A DNA stretch of 64,000 nt from assembly GCF_009914755.1 (NCBI RefSeq), contig NC_060935.1; one strand, written 5' to 3'. The notes below the pieces were generated by a model. The model saw nothing but the letters and a program-made list of their open reading frames with translations. It did no database searches and was not told the DNA's origin. The stretch comes from the human T2T-CHM13v2.0 reference genome, Homo sapiens. Position 1 is the first letter of the stretch; each line of letters opens with the position of its first letter. Below are positions 1-14,549 of the stretch, in pieces. Position numbers and translations under genes: made by a program.

Positions 1-1924
1 GTGGGGAGCCTCAGGTCTGGCTTCCCTTTGCCCCAACACACTTGGGACCACCAGCGTGCTGCAGGGACAGGAGGCTGCCTGTGAGTGTCAGTGCATCTTG
101 GGGCCATGGGCCAGTGCAGGGGTTGCGGGGGGTGGGGGGGGGAGGTGGACACAAGGAACTGTGACTTTGGGTAGGTAGGCTGGGTTCAGCATTGACTTAA
201 AGGAGGGCCACAGAGTTAGGAGGCCCAGAGGAAGGGATTCCACCCAGCTGGGGGGATAAAAAAAGGAAGAAGCAAGGTGAGATCTGGAGCTAGATAGACA
301 CTTAGGGTTTTGATGAATGGAGATTAGTTGAATGGCATTTTGTGTGAAGGGAACAGTGGAGATGGGGAGGCTGGAAAGGGATTCTGGCTCTCTGGCTGCC
401 ACTGGCTGTGTGGGAGTCTCCATGTCTTGGGAATGTGTGACAAAAGAGGAAGGGGCAAGGGCAGAGTGGCCCTGGCGTACTTCAGATAGGACTGGAGGGC
501 TTGGCAGGGGTCTTGAATGTCAGGAAAAGGGTTTGGGCTTTTCCCCCAAAGGGCAGAGGGATGCAGAGAAGGATGTAGTCAGAGCCACTTGTTAGCAAGC
601 CCCCCACCATGGGCAGAGTCCAGCCCAGGAAGAGGCTGGGGTCTAGCCTGGTCCAGGACTTAGGACCCAAAAGCTAGTGACAGATGTCAGCGCCAAGGTC
701 AGCTGCTGCCTGGAGGTGGGAGCCAAGAGCACCCTCCTTGAGGCCGGCCCCTGCCAGGAACTGGAAGAACAGCTCACCTCTCCTAGGTCCTCAGAAAGTA
801 GACAAGAGAGCCCAGGCAATGGCCAGGTCTGTCTTTCCTGACACAGCCCTGAAGGTTTTCCCAGAGAGCTGTGCACCGGATCCCCTCCTGCAGCCCCCTG
901 CCTCCTTCCAAGAGGGAGGGGAGGGGGTCCCAGGAGGATCAGTCTCACCAGGGTGTGGGAGCGGCACACTGCAGCCCCCAGTCATCTGAGACAGAGGACT
1001 GTCCCTGGGGGTGGGATCTGAGGGTGCAGGCCTCCCAAAGGGAGGTTGAGGGATGCAGCACCCCTCTAGCATGTTCTCCTCCTCACCACAACCCTCTTCC
1101 CTTGCAGACTGGTCTCCTCAGACCCTGTGTGAGGAGAGGGGTCAGGGAGGGGCAGAGGCTGCCTCTTGAAGGCCAGCCCCACCGAACCAGCAGTTTTCTT
1201 TCTCCTCAGATTTCTTTGTCAGACCCTGTATGAGAGGAGATCAGTCTGCAAGGACAGAGGGTTATGGTGACGAGGGGAACATGATAGAGGGGTGCTATGT
1301 TCTTCAACCTTCCTCCTCACCCGGAGTGTCCTTACACCCTTTTCCACTCATGGAAATCCTCCTCAACCACCCAGGCCTTGCTCTGTCTTTCATTCTGCTC
1401 TGAAAAGTCTCTTCCATCAGGTGGCTCACACTGGTCTCCTCCATCAGACTAGCATATCTGTATCTGTATCCCCATATCTCCATGTCCACCTATACACTAT
1501 GCCCTCATGTATCTAGCTGGCAGGGAGGACTCCGTGAATCCCTGTCATGTGAAAACAAGAGAATGAACATGTGAATGAGAATGGCCTGAACCAATGAATG
1601 AAGAGATGAGTGGACATTCTCTGCCTGTGCTAATCCTGGCTTCCTGGCTATGCTATGGTGGGCTGCTATGTTTCTTCCTCTGGCCTCCCCATTGTGCCTA
1701 CCTTGTCCTAGCTGGGCACCCAGCACCCCTAGCATATGGGCTAAAGTCCCACAAAGAATCTTTGATAACTGAGAGTGACATGGGATGTGGGCTGCAGACT
1801 ATAGAATCCAACATTATCATTTTGCCCAAAAATGGGATAAAATAGCTCCACCAAAATGAAATTGCAAGTTGGGACAAATGTATTTTTCTCTAATATAACT
1901 TTAAAAAATCCCATAACCTTACTT

Positions 1925-2135
1925 AGTAGGTACAGTAAGAACAGCAAACACTTGGCCCCATGCCAGGCACTGATCTTCACAACAATCTTATAAGGCAGGT
2001 ACTATCTCATCTCATTTTACAGATGGGGAATCTGGAGAACAGAGGTTAACTAGTATGCCCAAGACCACAGAGCTCATCCATGGCATAGCTGGGACTTGAA
2101 CCTGAGCATCTGGATCAGAGTCCATATACTTTGCC
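1925..2135 (-). mobile_element. MIR SINE fragment
   Basis: cattttacagatgggg…gaggttaac…gcccaagaccacagagc…gggacttgaacc matches the MIR core in reverse. Confidence 0.75.
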
Positions 2136-2889
2136 TGAACCCTTTACCACCCACTGAGTGCATTTGCAGGACTTCATATTTTTTCTGGGCTTCAGTTTTT
2201 CCATCTGTAAAATGGCAAGAGAGGAGGATTAGATTCACTATCTCAAAGGCCCATTGGATTTAAGTTGCAAATTTTCTCTAGACACCAGTAATATGGCAAT
2301 GTCAGTTTCGAGGTGAGTGTCTAGGAGTCAGACTTACCCCATCAGGGAACCCCTTAGGGTATTTGTGCTGCTGGCTCTCCCAAAACCCAGCCCGAAAGAA
2401 TGAGAGGAGGGACAAGATGTAGAATGCAATGGCATGGCATTTATTGAGCACTACTGAATGTCATCACCGCATATTTCACTGATGAGGACACTGTGACATA
2501 ACCTGCTTCACACAGCATGGAAGTGGGGGAGCAACATTTAAACCCAGGCCTGCCTAGCTCTGAAGTTGGTCATGTAACCTCTACATCCCATGTCTGTGGG
2601 CTACACTAAGCTGTCTCTTCTGGATTGGGCAGTTGGGTTCTGGTTCTGACTCTGCTCTGAGTCACGAAGAAAGAAGGAGCAGTCCCTGCCCCTCACTGTG
2701 CCTGGATTTCCATCTCTGTAAACGAACGGTTGACTCGGTCCCTCACCCATCCGCCTTCAGGGACGCTGTTTTCACTCTGGGCACTAGGAGGCGCTGTGTT
2801 GTCAGAGGCTCTGCCAAACCTGCCTTTGTAGCCTCAAGTGGAAAGAAGCCTTGGGGAACTGGGTATCACCTCCTTCCCCTATTTTACAG

Positions 2890-2975
2890 ATAACAAGACC
2901 TCTGCCAGAAGAACCATGGCTTTGGAAGGCGGAGTTCAGGCTGAGGAGATGGGTGCGGTCCTCAGTGAGCCCCTG
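2890..2975 (+). other. P2RY6: P2RY6 5'UTR exon (86 bp)
   Basis: Acceptor ccttcccctattttacAG ends 2889; donor CCTG|gtgtgt after 2975; joining to the acceptor at 3645 matches my recollection of the P2RY6 mRNA leader (…gagcccctg|cctccctgaacatagg…). Confidence 0.75.
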
Positions 2976-3383
2976 GTGTGTGGACCCTTCGCATTGGTTA
3001 ACTAAGAGTTATCAGGGCCCTTTTCCGCCCCAGACCCTGGGCGAAGATGCAGAGAGACACCAGACCTGGCCCCTGTTCTCAGGCAGGTCTCAGTCTCTGA
3101 GAGACATGCAGATCCACCATGACCAGAGTCTCCACACCCCAGTGAGCCCCTGGCAGCCCTGCACAGCATGATTTAGTGCTTCTAACCTCGTGACATCCCT
3201 GAGAGGCAGGTGCCGCATTCCCCCTTTTCTCGGGTGAAATGAAATCACCACCTCAAGGTCATATAGCAAATGCATAACAGAGTTGGGATTCAAACCCAAG
3301 TCCATCAATCTCCACTAACAGAGAAAGAAACATATGATCAGGGCTTTGAAGGATGAATAGAAGTTCACTAGGAAGGCTGAAGG

Positions 3384-3386
3384 AAA

Positions 3387-3426
<40 letters not shown>

Positions 3427-3427
3427 A
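3384..3427. repeat. A-run plus (AT)n microsatellite in the P2RY6 intron
   Basis: aaaaaaaaaaaatatatatat…. Confidence 0.9.
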
Positions 3428-3679
3428 ACAAAATGAATCAGATTGCTCCCAAGAGTTAGCTTTATTGTATCCCAAGTTTTCTCAAAGTGAGGGCTCTGTG
3501 GGGCTTCACGGGGTGGTTAGAGTAGCCGAGTTGACAAAGTTAGTGCCCTCACTGTTCAGACAGGGAGATCAAGGCCCGAGGAGGGGCAGGGCCTGCTGGG
3601 TGGTGAGTGAGCATGTCACTGACAGGCTGTGTATTGCTTTCCCAGCCTCCCTGAACATAGGAAACCCACCTGGGCAGCC

Positions 3680-4666
3680 ATGGAATGGGACAATGGCACA
3701 GGCCAGGCTCTGGGCTTGCCACCCACCACCTGTGTCTACCGCGAGAACTTCAAGCAACTGCTGCTGCCACCTGTGTATTCGGCGGTGCTGGCGGCTGGCC
3801 TGCCGCTGAACATCTGTGTCATTACCCAGATCTGCACGTCCCGCCGGGCCCTGACCCGCACGGCCGTGTACACCCTAAACCTTGCTCTGGCTGACCTGCT
3901 ATATGCCTGCTCCCTGCCCCTGCTCATCTACAACTATGCCCAAGGTGATCACTGGCCCTTTGGCGACTTCGCCTGCCGCCTGGTCCGCTTCCTCTTCTAT
4001 GCCAACCTGCACGGCAGCATCCTCTTCCTCACCTGCATCAGCTTCCAGCGCTACCTGGGCATCTGCCACCCGCTGGCCCCCTGGCACAAACGTGGGGGCC
4101 GCCGGGCTGCCTGGCTAGTGTGTGTAGCCGTGTGGCTGGCCGTGACAACCCAGTGCCTGCCCACAGCCATCTTCGCTGCCACAGGCATCCAGCGTAACCG
4201 CACTGTCTGCTATGACCTCAGCCCGCCTGCCCTGGCCACCCACTATATGCCCTATGGCATGGCTCTCACTGTCATCGGCTTCCTGCTGCCCTTTGCTGCC
4301 CTGCTGGCCTGCTACTGTCTCCTGGCCTGCCGCCTGTGCCGCCAGGATGGCCCGGCAGAGCCTGTGGCCCAGGAGCGGCGTGGCAAGGCGGCCCGCATGG
4401 CCGTGGTGGTGGCTGCTGCCTTTGCCATCAGCTTCCTGCCTTTTCACATCACCAAGACAGCCTACCTGGCAGTGCGCTCGACGCCGGGCGTCCCCTGCAC
4501 TGTATTGGAGGCCTTTGCAGCGGCCTACAAAGGCACGCGGCCGTTTGCCAGTGCCAACAGCGTGCTGGACCCCATCCTCTTCTACTTCACCCAGAAGAAG
4601 TTCCGCCGGCGACCACATGAGCTCCTACAGAAACTCACAGCCAAATGGCAGAGGCAGGGTCGCTGA
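3680..4666 (+). CDS. P2RY6: P2Y purinoceptor 6 (UDP-activated class A GPCR), 328 aa, intronless CDS
   Basis: GCAGCCATGG strong Kozak at 3680; MEWDNGTGQALGLPPTTC…KWQRQGR; seven hydrophobic segments, LALADL (TM2), FQRY in place of DRY, DPILF in TM7; exon acceptor ttgctttcccAG at 3644-3645. Confidence 0.98.
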   Translation: MEWDNGTGQALGLPPTTCVYRENFKQLLLPPVYSAVLAAGLPLNICVITQICTSRRALTRTAVYTLNLALADLLYACSLPLLIYNYAQGDHWPFGDFACRLVRFLFYANLHGSILFLTCISFQRYLGICHPLAPWHKRGGRRAAWLVCVAVWLAVTTQCLPTAIFAATGIQRNRTVCYDLSPPALATHYMPYGMALTVIGFLLPFAALLACYCLLACRLCRQDGPAEPVAQERRGKAARMAVVVAAAFAISFLPFHITKTAYLAVRSTPGVPCTVLEAFAAAYKGTRPFASANSVLDPILFYFTQKKFRRRPHELLQKLTAKWQRQGR

Positions 4667-4942
4667 GTCCTCCAGGTCCTGGGCAGCCTTCATATTTGCC
4701 ATTGTGTCCGGGGCACCAGGAGCCCCACCAACCCCAAACCATGCGGAGAATTAGAGTTCAGCTCAGCTGGGCATGGAGTTAAGATCCCTCACAGGACCCA
4801 GAAGCTCACCAAAAACTATTTCTTCAGCCCCTTCTCTGGCCCAGACCCTGTGGGCATGGAGATGGACAGACCTGGGCCTGGCTCTTGAGAGGTCCCAGTC
4901 AGCCATGGAGAGCTGGGGAAACCACATTAAGGTGCTCACAAA

Positions 4943-4948
4943 AATACA
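4943..4948 (+). terminator. Candidate variant poly(A) signal AATACA for P2RY6
   Basis: Only PAS-like hexamer I saw within about 1 kb after the stop; followed by GT-rich gtgtgacgtgtactgt. Confidence 0.5.
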
Positions 4949-5642
4949 GTGTGACGTGTACTGTCATCAAGGGGTATGCTCCATGCTTTGAGTCACCAAT
5001 GAAGCGGGTGAGGGAAGATGAGAGGGGGAGGTGAGAGCTTCTGGGAAGGGGCATTTGAGCTGGGTTTTGAGGGATGATTATGAGCTCTCTGGAGAGGAGT
5101 GATATTCCATTTATTTAGAAAGCCTTTACTGACACCTTGTGCTCAGGCCTGTGTTGGTTCTGGGGCCCTAGAAGAACCAGTCCTAGCCCTGGTCCATACG
5201 GGCTCCCAACTGCTGGAAGTACAGACTGGCACAGCAACATCAGGGTTGTGACAGAGGGAAGCATGGCTGGGGGGAGGGGGTACACAGACAGTGCCCATGA
5301 CCCAGTCCAAGGAGTCAGGAAAGAGCTCTCTGAGGAGGGAGCATCTGAGCCAGATGTTGAGGGCTGAGTGGGAACTTGGCAAGCAGAAGTGGGGAGCACT
5401 TTAATGCAACCCAGGTATGCTCCATGCATATCCAGCTGGGCCAGCCTCGTGCTGGGCTCTGCCCTGGGCAGACAGGCAGAGGGCCAGAGCAGAGGACACA
5501 TGGCCTTGCGTGTGTGAAAGCTGAGAAAATGGGAGCTGTGCTTCAGCTACCCTCCAGACAAGGGCAAGAGTTAGCCAGATGCTCCAGGCAGTGGGAAGCC
5601 AATGGAGGGATTAAGCGGCGGAAGCTTCTTAGAAGAGGCAGG

Positions 5643-6716
<1,074 letters not shown>

Positions 6717-7247
6717 TTAAATGGGGGGTAGGCGGGGTGGGGTGGGGCCTGGGTGTGTGGAAGGGGGTGGCCAGGAAAAGAGCTGGGTAGGGCCAGAGCA
6801 TTCAATGCTAGGATGAGCCCCTGATCCACCTCTCCTTCATCTACCTCTTCAAGTGTGGCTCTTTCAACCTTAGGGTATCCTCTGTACCTGGGGTACCTCC
6901 ACCAGGCCCCTAAGTGAGGGGAAACAACTGTTCAACATTGCTTCATTCTAAATGGAGGAGCCAGCAGCTTGAGAGCCTCAGGGCCACCAGGAAGCTGCTA
7001 CATGGAGGTCCCACGGCTGGAAGCCTACTGACCAGTCTCATGACAGACTGTTCCCGCCGTGTTCCCCTCCTGCCCTCTCAGGCCCATCGTTCTGACGTGG
7101 GTACCCAGAGAGCTGCCTTGAGGCCATCTCATAAGGAGGCATGTCAAACGCAGATCCGAGCCTTTCAAAGCCTTGGAAAGGCATCTTTACCGAAGGTCCC
7201 TGGAGGAAGCAGCAAAGGGGACTGGTAGCACACAAGACCCCACACCC

Positions 7248-7679
<432 letters not shown>

Positions 7680-8491
7680 TCATTTCTTCTCCCCCTCACT
7701 TCTCCTCCAGTCCTTGTGCCCTCCTCCCAGATCTGTTTTTCTTATGTAGAACAATCTAGCCTGCCCTTGGCTGCTGGTGCACCATACAGAAACTGTCTTT
7801 TTGGAAGGCAGAGCAGGGAGGGGAAGGACTGTATAACTTATGCAATATTTTTCTTTTAGCCCCACCTAGTCCCCAAGCTGCTGGGCAATAGGGTCATTCA
7901 GAGAGGGGCAATGGAGGAGTTAAACACCATGGTAATGTCACAGGTGTGCTTGCAGCTGGCTGAGGAAGTTGGAAACCCAGGCCCAACCCACCCTGGGAGG
8001 CCATTCAAAGTGTCCTTGCTGGAGAGGCAGACCATTTGGACAGAAGGAACTTTGACTTGTGACCACAGCAAGACTGATTTATGTTAGAAGACAGAGGCTG
8101 GTTTTTATTCCCTGTACGGTGCCCCGCCGTGCCAAGCGGGGCACATAGGACCCACCTTGCATCTAGCTTTGAGTCTGAGACCAATCTTCTCAATTGCCTG
8201 GGATGGGGGCTAGGGGATAGTGAGAGCAAGGGCAGGGGACAGGGCCTCTGCTCGTAGCCCACCTGAGCCCCTGTAGAGAGTCCCAGATGACTGTCCCAGC
8301 TGACCTCCAAGAGCTGTGACCCTTTGCTTACTCTTCCAGGAGTGGAAATTGTGACCCACAGGTAAATTCCATTCCAAGCTTCCCTTTGTGAGGCCAAATA
8401 GCATGGAAGGTGCAGACTCCAGAGCCAGACCATCCTGGCATATGTCCTGGCTCTACCATTTACTAGCTGTGTTATGCTATGCAAGTTATTT

Positions 8492-8807
<316 letters not shown>

Positions 8808-9114
8808 TATTTTTTATTTTTTATTTTTTTTGAGACGGAGTTTTGCTCTTGTTTTCTAGGCTGGAGTGCAATAGCGTGATCGTGGCTCACTGCAAAACTC
8901 CACTTCCTGAGTTCCAGCTATTCTCCTGCCTCAGCCTCCTGAGTAGCTGGGATTACAGGCACATGCCACCACGGCCAGCTAATTTTTATATTTTAGTAGA
9001 GATGGGGTTTCACCATGTTGGTCAGGATGGTCTCGAACTCCTGACCTCAGGTGATCTTCCCGCCTCAGCCTCCCAAAGTGCTGGGATTACAGGCATGAGC
9101 TACCGCATCCGGCC
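8808..9114 (-). mobile_element. Alu
   Basis: Reverse Alu consensus; the pair interrupts a MIR core. Confidence 0.93.
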
Positions 9115-10548
9115 TGGGCAAGTTATTTCATCTCTCTGTGCCTCAGCTTCATTATTATTCCCATAACATTATTATAAATGTCTATCTTTTTAAAGCCACT
9201 AGTTTTGGGGGGGCTTTTGTGACCCACAGCCAAAACTAATACCTTTACTTGGGTTCCATCCTGGGATGGTGGACCTTAGGTGCAGGCGAGGCAGTGACCT
9301 GGACAGAGATGGGGCCAGGGTCTAGGCTGGAGTGGGAGCTAGGAGCCAACAAGGTCTAGGGACACCGGGAAGGCTGCTTAGAAAAGATGCAGAGCCTGGG
9401 GAATGGTCAGCCCCAAAGTGGCTTGAGCTCAAGTGGGTGGGTGGGCTTCATGAAAGAAAGAGTGGGAAGAGGGGAGTCGTTCTGGGAACTCCAAGATTAG
9501 GGAGCTGAGGAGAAGGAGCCACAGACGTGGAGGGCAGGAGCCCAGGGGTCTCTGAATGATGGTGGTATGAGGGGAGAGTGGAGCTGGGTGAGTGAGTGAG
9601 AGGTTTCAGGGAAGGAAGTAGGGGTAGTAGGCGGAGAAGAGAAGAGGGAGAAAGATTCCAAGAAAGGCCAGGCCCAGGGATGGAGTTTCCAGGACAAAGT
9701 TGTTGCTGAGAGTTGGCTGGTGGCAGTTGAGGGCAGAGAACCCGGGTGGGGTGGGGGTGGGGAGGTAGGAGCAAGGATTGGGAAGCTAGAAAGTCGGGAA
9801 TCAGTGACTGTCTTGGGGAAATTTCCATTCCAAACAGGAAAAGCCCAGGAGCATTTGATCTGTCCTAGCAATGGACAAAGCTGGCCTCTTCCTCCCTCAT
9901 TCATTTGTTCAATGAATATTGACTCTGTGTTTCTGAGACGAGCTCAGGTCCAGGCCCTAGTCTTGGGAAAGAATCCAAGGGGTTTGGGATGCAGACAAGG
10001 AAACAGTTCATCCAGTAAACAATACTTATTGGGCACCTCCTATATGCCAAGCATCATGCTGGGCCCTCAGGGAGCCCCTAGTCTGATGGAGGAGACAGGT
10101 AATAATGAAACATATACAGACCTGGATCATTACAGCTGGGGAAGAGAGCTCAGATCATAAAGAGGACCCAGGCAAGGAAGGTATCACTAGGGAGATGATG
10201 AGCTCCTGGAATGGTCCATGGCCAAGAAATGCTAAATACCAGAGGGGCCCTGACCTAGTTGAGGGGCAGAAAATGTATCTGAGTGAGGCCTAGAGCCTCA
10301 GAAGGCCTCAGAAGGCATTAGCTCAGTGCAGAAGGGCTGCAACAGAGTCTGTGACTTTGACCAAGCACCTTCACTCCTCTGAGCCTCTGTTTCCTTACCT
10401 GTAAAATACTAGACCTTCCTAAGCCACCAGGGATACCGAGGAATAGAAAAGTTAGAGCAGAAATTTCATAAAGTACTAAACATACTATAACCCAATAGAA
10501 AAATGAGCAAGAGGCACAAATAAGCACTTCATATGAAAGGAAACACAA

Positions 10549-10853
<305 letters not shown>

Positions 10854-11180
10854 GGAAACACAGATGATTAAAAAACATAGACGAGAAATTAGATCCCAGC
10901 TTGACAATGCTTCCCAATGTTGATCAATTGCCTGCCCTATGCCCAAGCACTTCTGTCCATGTGTACCTGGAGTCATGCACAATGCTCAGCAAACACCTGG
11001 AAACACCCAAATGTGCATCAGCAAGACACTGGATCAACACACTGTGATATAGTCACACACTGAAATAGTCCACATGGCCAGAATGGAGTATAGAGGCATG
11101 CAACAATATGGGTAAATCTTTTCTTAATATTAAGAAAAAAGAAGTCCCAACAAATTTTGTAAAGCAAGAAACCCCCCTCC

Positions 11181-11551
<371 letters not shown>

Positions 11552-11945
11552 TGAAGGAATATGTTTGAAGGAAAGCAAGAGAATGCTGAACACAGGATTT
11601 GAGATGATGATTTTCTGATTTTCTGTGTGGTGGGACAGCAGGAGGATGGGAGCAGAAGAACTGTATAATGAGATGTGAATTATTTTAAAGGTCCTAGTTG
11701 TATTGTTTTGTTTTTTGGCGAAAGCCAATTAAATAACTGATGAGAATGTATCATTATCAAAATATTATAAAGAATTTAATCCTGTGTGCTTAAGGTCTAA
11801 TTATATAGGAAAGGGGGCAATCTCAGATAGTTTCTATTTGGCTTTGCAATGGAGTCAGAAGAGTCAGATTTCCCCCTAAGACAGCTCCTTCATGGAGCTC
11901 ATTGCTTCTTGTCCCCGCACTCATCATTTCTCTCCCTCTTAAGTA

Positions 11946-12301
11946 CAGTTGCTCCTCGACTTACGATGAGGTTACATCCCAATAAACCCACTGAAAATAT
12001 TATAAGTCAAAAAGACATTTAATACACCTAGCCTACCAAACATCAGAGCTTAGCCTAACCCACCTTAAACAGGCCCAGAACACTTCCATAGCCTAGAGTT
12101 GGACAAAAATCATCTAACACAAAGCCTATTTTATAATAAAATGCTGAATATCTCATGTAATTTATTGAATACTGAAAGTGAAAAACAGAATGATTATATG
12201 TGTGCTCAAAGTATGGTTTCTACTGGATGTACATAGCTTTTGCATCATCATAAAGTCAAAAAATCATTAAGTTGAAATATCATGAGCTGGGGACTTATCT
12301 G
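11946..12301 (+). mobile_element. MER47A-like non-autonomous TcMar-Tigger DNA transposon, near full length
   Basis: TA|cagttgctcctcgacttacgatg … catgagctggggacttatctg|TA: imperfect terminal inverted repeats, TA target duplication, internal sequence matches the MER47A consensus as I recall it. Confidence 0.85.
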
Positions 12302-13033
12302 TACCCGAAGCCCACCAAAGCCCATCACTGGCCATGACCTGTGACCTTCAAAACCTTCCCATCTTGATTTCCCCAAGGGATTCCACGGTCCTCACCTCAC
12401 TAGATCACCATGACTCACTGGGTAGATGGGCTATTGTTTTCATTACCCTTTCATAGGTGAGGAGCCTGGGGCCCAGAGAAAAGGGGGTGAGCTGCGGAAG
12501 GTGAGCCTGGCTTCAAAACCCCAGCGTAGGGTTTCTCTCCACTCTGGTGCCCAGTGCTCCCAGCCCCCTATCAAATAAGTCTTCTTGGGGCTAAAAATTG
12601 CTGTACATAATTACCAAGCACCATTAAAATTCCAGATCTCTTCTGTTCATGGAAGATAACTTTGTCTTATACTGGATCATAAGGAGCTGGGGGTGGGAGG
12701 GTTCCTGAAGCACTGGAAGCAATCAAGCCACTCTCAGATTGGGTGAGCTTCCCTTTGGACAGAGACCCAGTCTAGATCCTTAAACACCCCCCTCCCCACC
12801 AAGGGGATTCCTGAGCCAAAGGCCCCAGCCAGCTCACCTCAAGGCCAAGCCACAGGACTCTGGGAGCCCATGACCTGAACCTCCACTCCTCTCTATCCAC
12901 TTGCCCATCTGTGATATGGGATAAGGGTTTCTGTCCCAGAACTGACAGGGAGGTGGAAAAGTACAAATTTCAGATAGTAAGAGTCATCATTATGGGGGGA
13001 GAGAGTGACTCCTGGGATGAGAGTCCTGTCCCC

Positions 13034-13114
13034 CACCCCTCCACAACCCACCCCTCCACAACTCACCCCTCCACAACTCACCCCTCCCCAACTCACCCCT
13101 CCACAACTCACCCC
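13034..13114. repeat. Minisatellite, 15-bp unit cacccctccacaact, about 5.4 copies
   Basis: Units start at 13034, 13049, 13064, 13079, 13094, 13109. Confidence 0.92.
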
Positions 13115-13222
13115 ACAGCACACACCAAAACTTGCCCCAAAGAGCAGAAAGAAAATACTAAAGGAGGTGAGAGTCTGACATCAAATGCCAGAGCCAGAGA
13201 GGGCACTCTTGGGGAACCTGAA

Positions 13223-13268
13223 CCACTCCTCACTTTTCAGACACCCCACTCCTCACTTTTCAGACACC
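13223..13268. repeat. Perfect 23-bp tandem duplication ccactcctcacttttcagacacc
   Basis: Copies at 13223-13245 and 13246-13268. Confidence 0.9.
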
Positions 13269-14549
13269 AGCAAGTGCAGGGATTTACCCAAGGTCACAGA
13301 GTAAGGCCGAACAGAGAGGCACAGGCCAGCAGGGCTCTCTTTTATCAATTTCCTAGAGAAAAGGGAGAGATTTACTCCTTGGCCCCCTTGAGGCAGAGCT
13401 GAGATGAGGTTGAGGTGAGGGACTCCCTGGATGCTGGTCTCAACACAGAGAGGAAGCACTTTCTTGCTACAGAGATATTCCACAACTCAAGAGGCTGCCC
13501 AGAGAGTGGAGAGTGACCTCCTCATCCTGTGGGGTATATGAGTAGCAAGCAGGTTCTGGAGTCCCGGCTGAGTCCTCTCTCTCTCATTCGGTAGTCAGGC
13601 AATCCCTGGGTGTCTACCATCCTTTCCTATCCTCCTGCCTGCCCCTCTCCTCTGAACCCCGTCTCCTAGCCTAGTCTGGCCCAGCTACATCTCCTTGGCT
13701 GGACCTGGTGGCAGTGGGGTTGGCTGGGTAATGCACAGACTGCTGACCTAACTATGTGTCCCCGAGGCCTTGCTACTGGGGGTTGGAGGGGCCAGGGCAG
13801 TTTGACCAGGCCTGAAGAAGGCTGGGCAGCGCTGGAGGGGCATGGGTCAGACCAGGTTATCCTCTGTTCCTGAGGAGAGTGAGCTCAGGCCCAAGGAGGA
13901 GAAGGAGGAGACTGGGGGCTCAAAGGAACGAGAACCTCCTTCTTCATCAGGATTTGGGGGTGCATCTCAGAGCTGGCTGGAGGAGCATGGTGTTTGAAGC
14001 CCCTGAAATCTGAATTTTAGCAGGAGCTGCTATTTCCTGACTTGCATAGTGGTCAAAGTTACTTCTCCTTCACGGTCCACAGAGAAGGGGTAATAATATT
14101 TGTCCCCAAGGGTGGTTTGTGGATTTTAAAAAATAAGTTAAATAATATTGCCCATACATTATAGGTACTCCATACATTTTCATTCGTTCGTTCATTCGTT
14201 AGTTGGGCCGGGAGGATGAATGGGATCTAGAGGCAGGTGGGAATGCGGAAGGGGATGATGCCCCAATACCGAGAACAATGTGAGACTCAGACGGAGGCAG
14301 GGGCGGGAGGGGAGCTCAAGCGAGGGATCAGCGTGAAGCCAGAGAAACAACCGACACTTTTCCTGCCAAGAAGGTGAAGCAGCTGCGGGTAAGAGTATAG
14401 GTTTGGCAGTGGGAAGTCGAGGGCGTTCCCGTCGAAGCTCCTTTTGTGTATAAGGCCTAAGAAGGGGCAGTGCGCTTTGCGAAGGTCTGAAAAAGACTAA
14501 GGGGATTAGGTAACGACTGAAAGGAAGTTTTCACAACTCTCCGTTTTTG

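Noticed and set aside
3629-3679. 17-aa N-terminal extension of P2RY6 in the ORF track
   Set aside because: Starts at a GTG upstream of the splice acceptor (3645), so it is intronic; the real start is ATG 3680
4115-4754. Overlapping 167-aa (-) and 180-aa (+) ORFs within P2RY6
   Set aside because: Off-frame shadows of a GC3-rich CDS with no recognisable protein features
12911-13402. 163-aa ORF with HPSTT repeats
   Set aside because: Frame kept open by the 15-bp minisatellite; GTG start, no supporting gene structure
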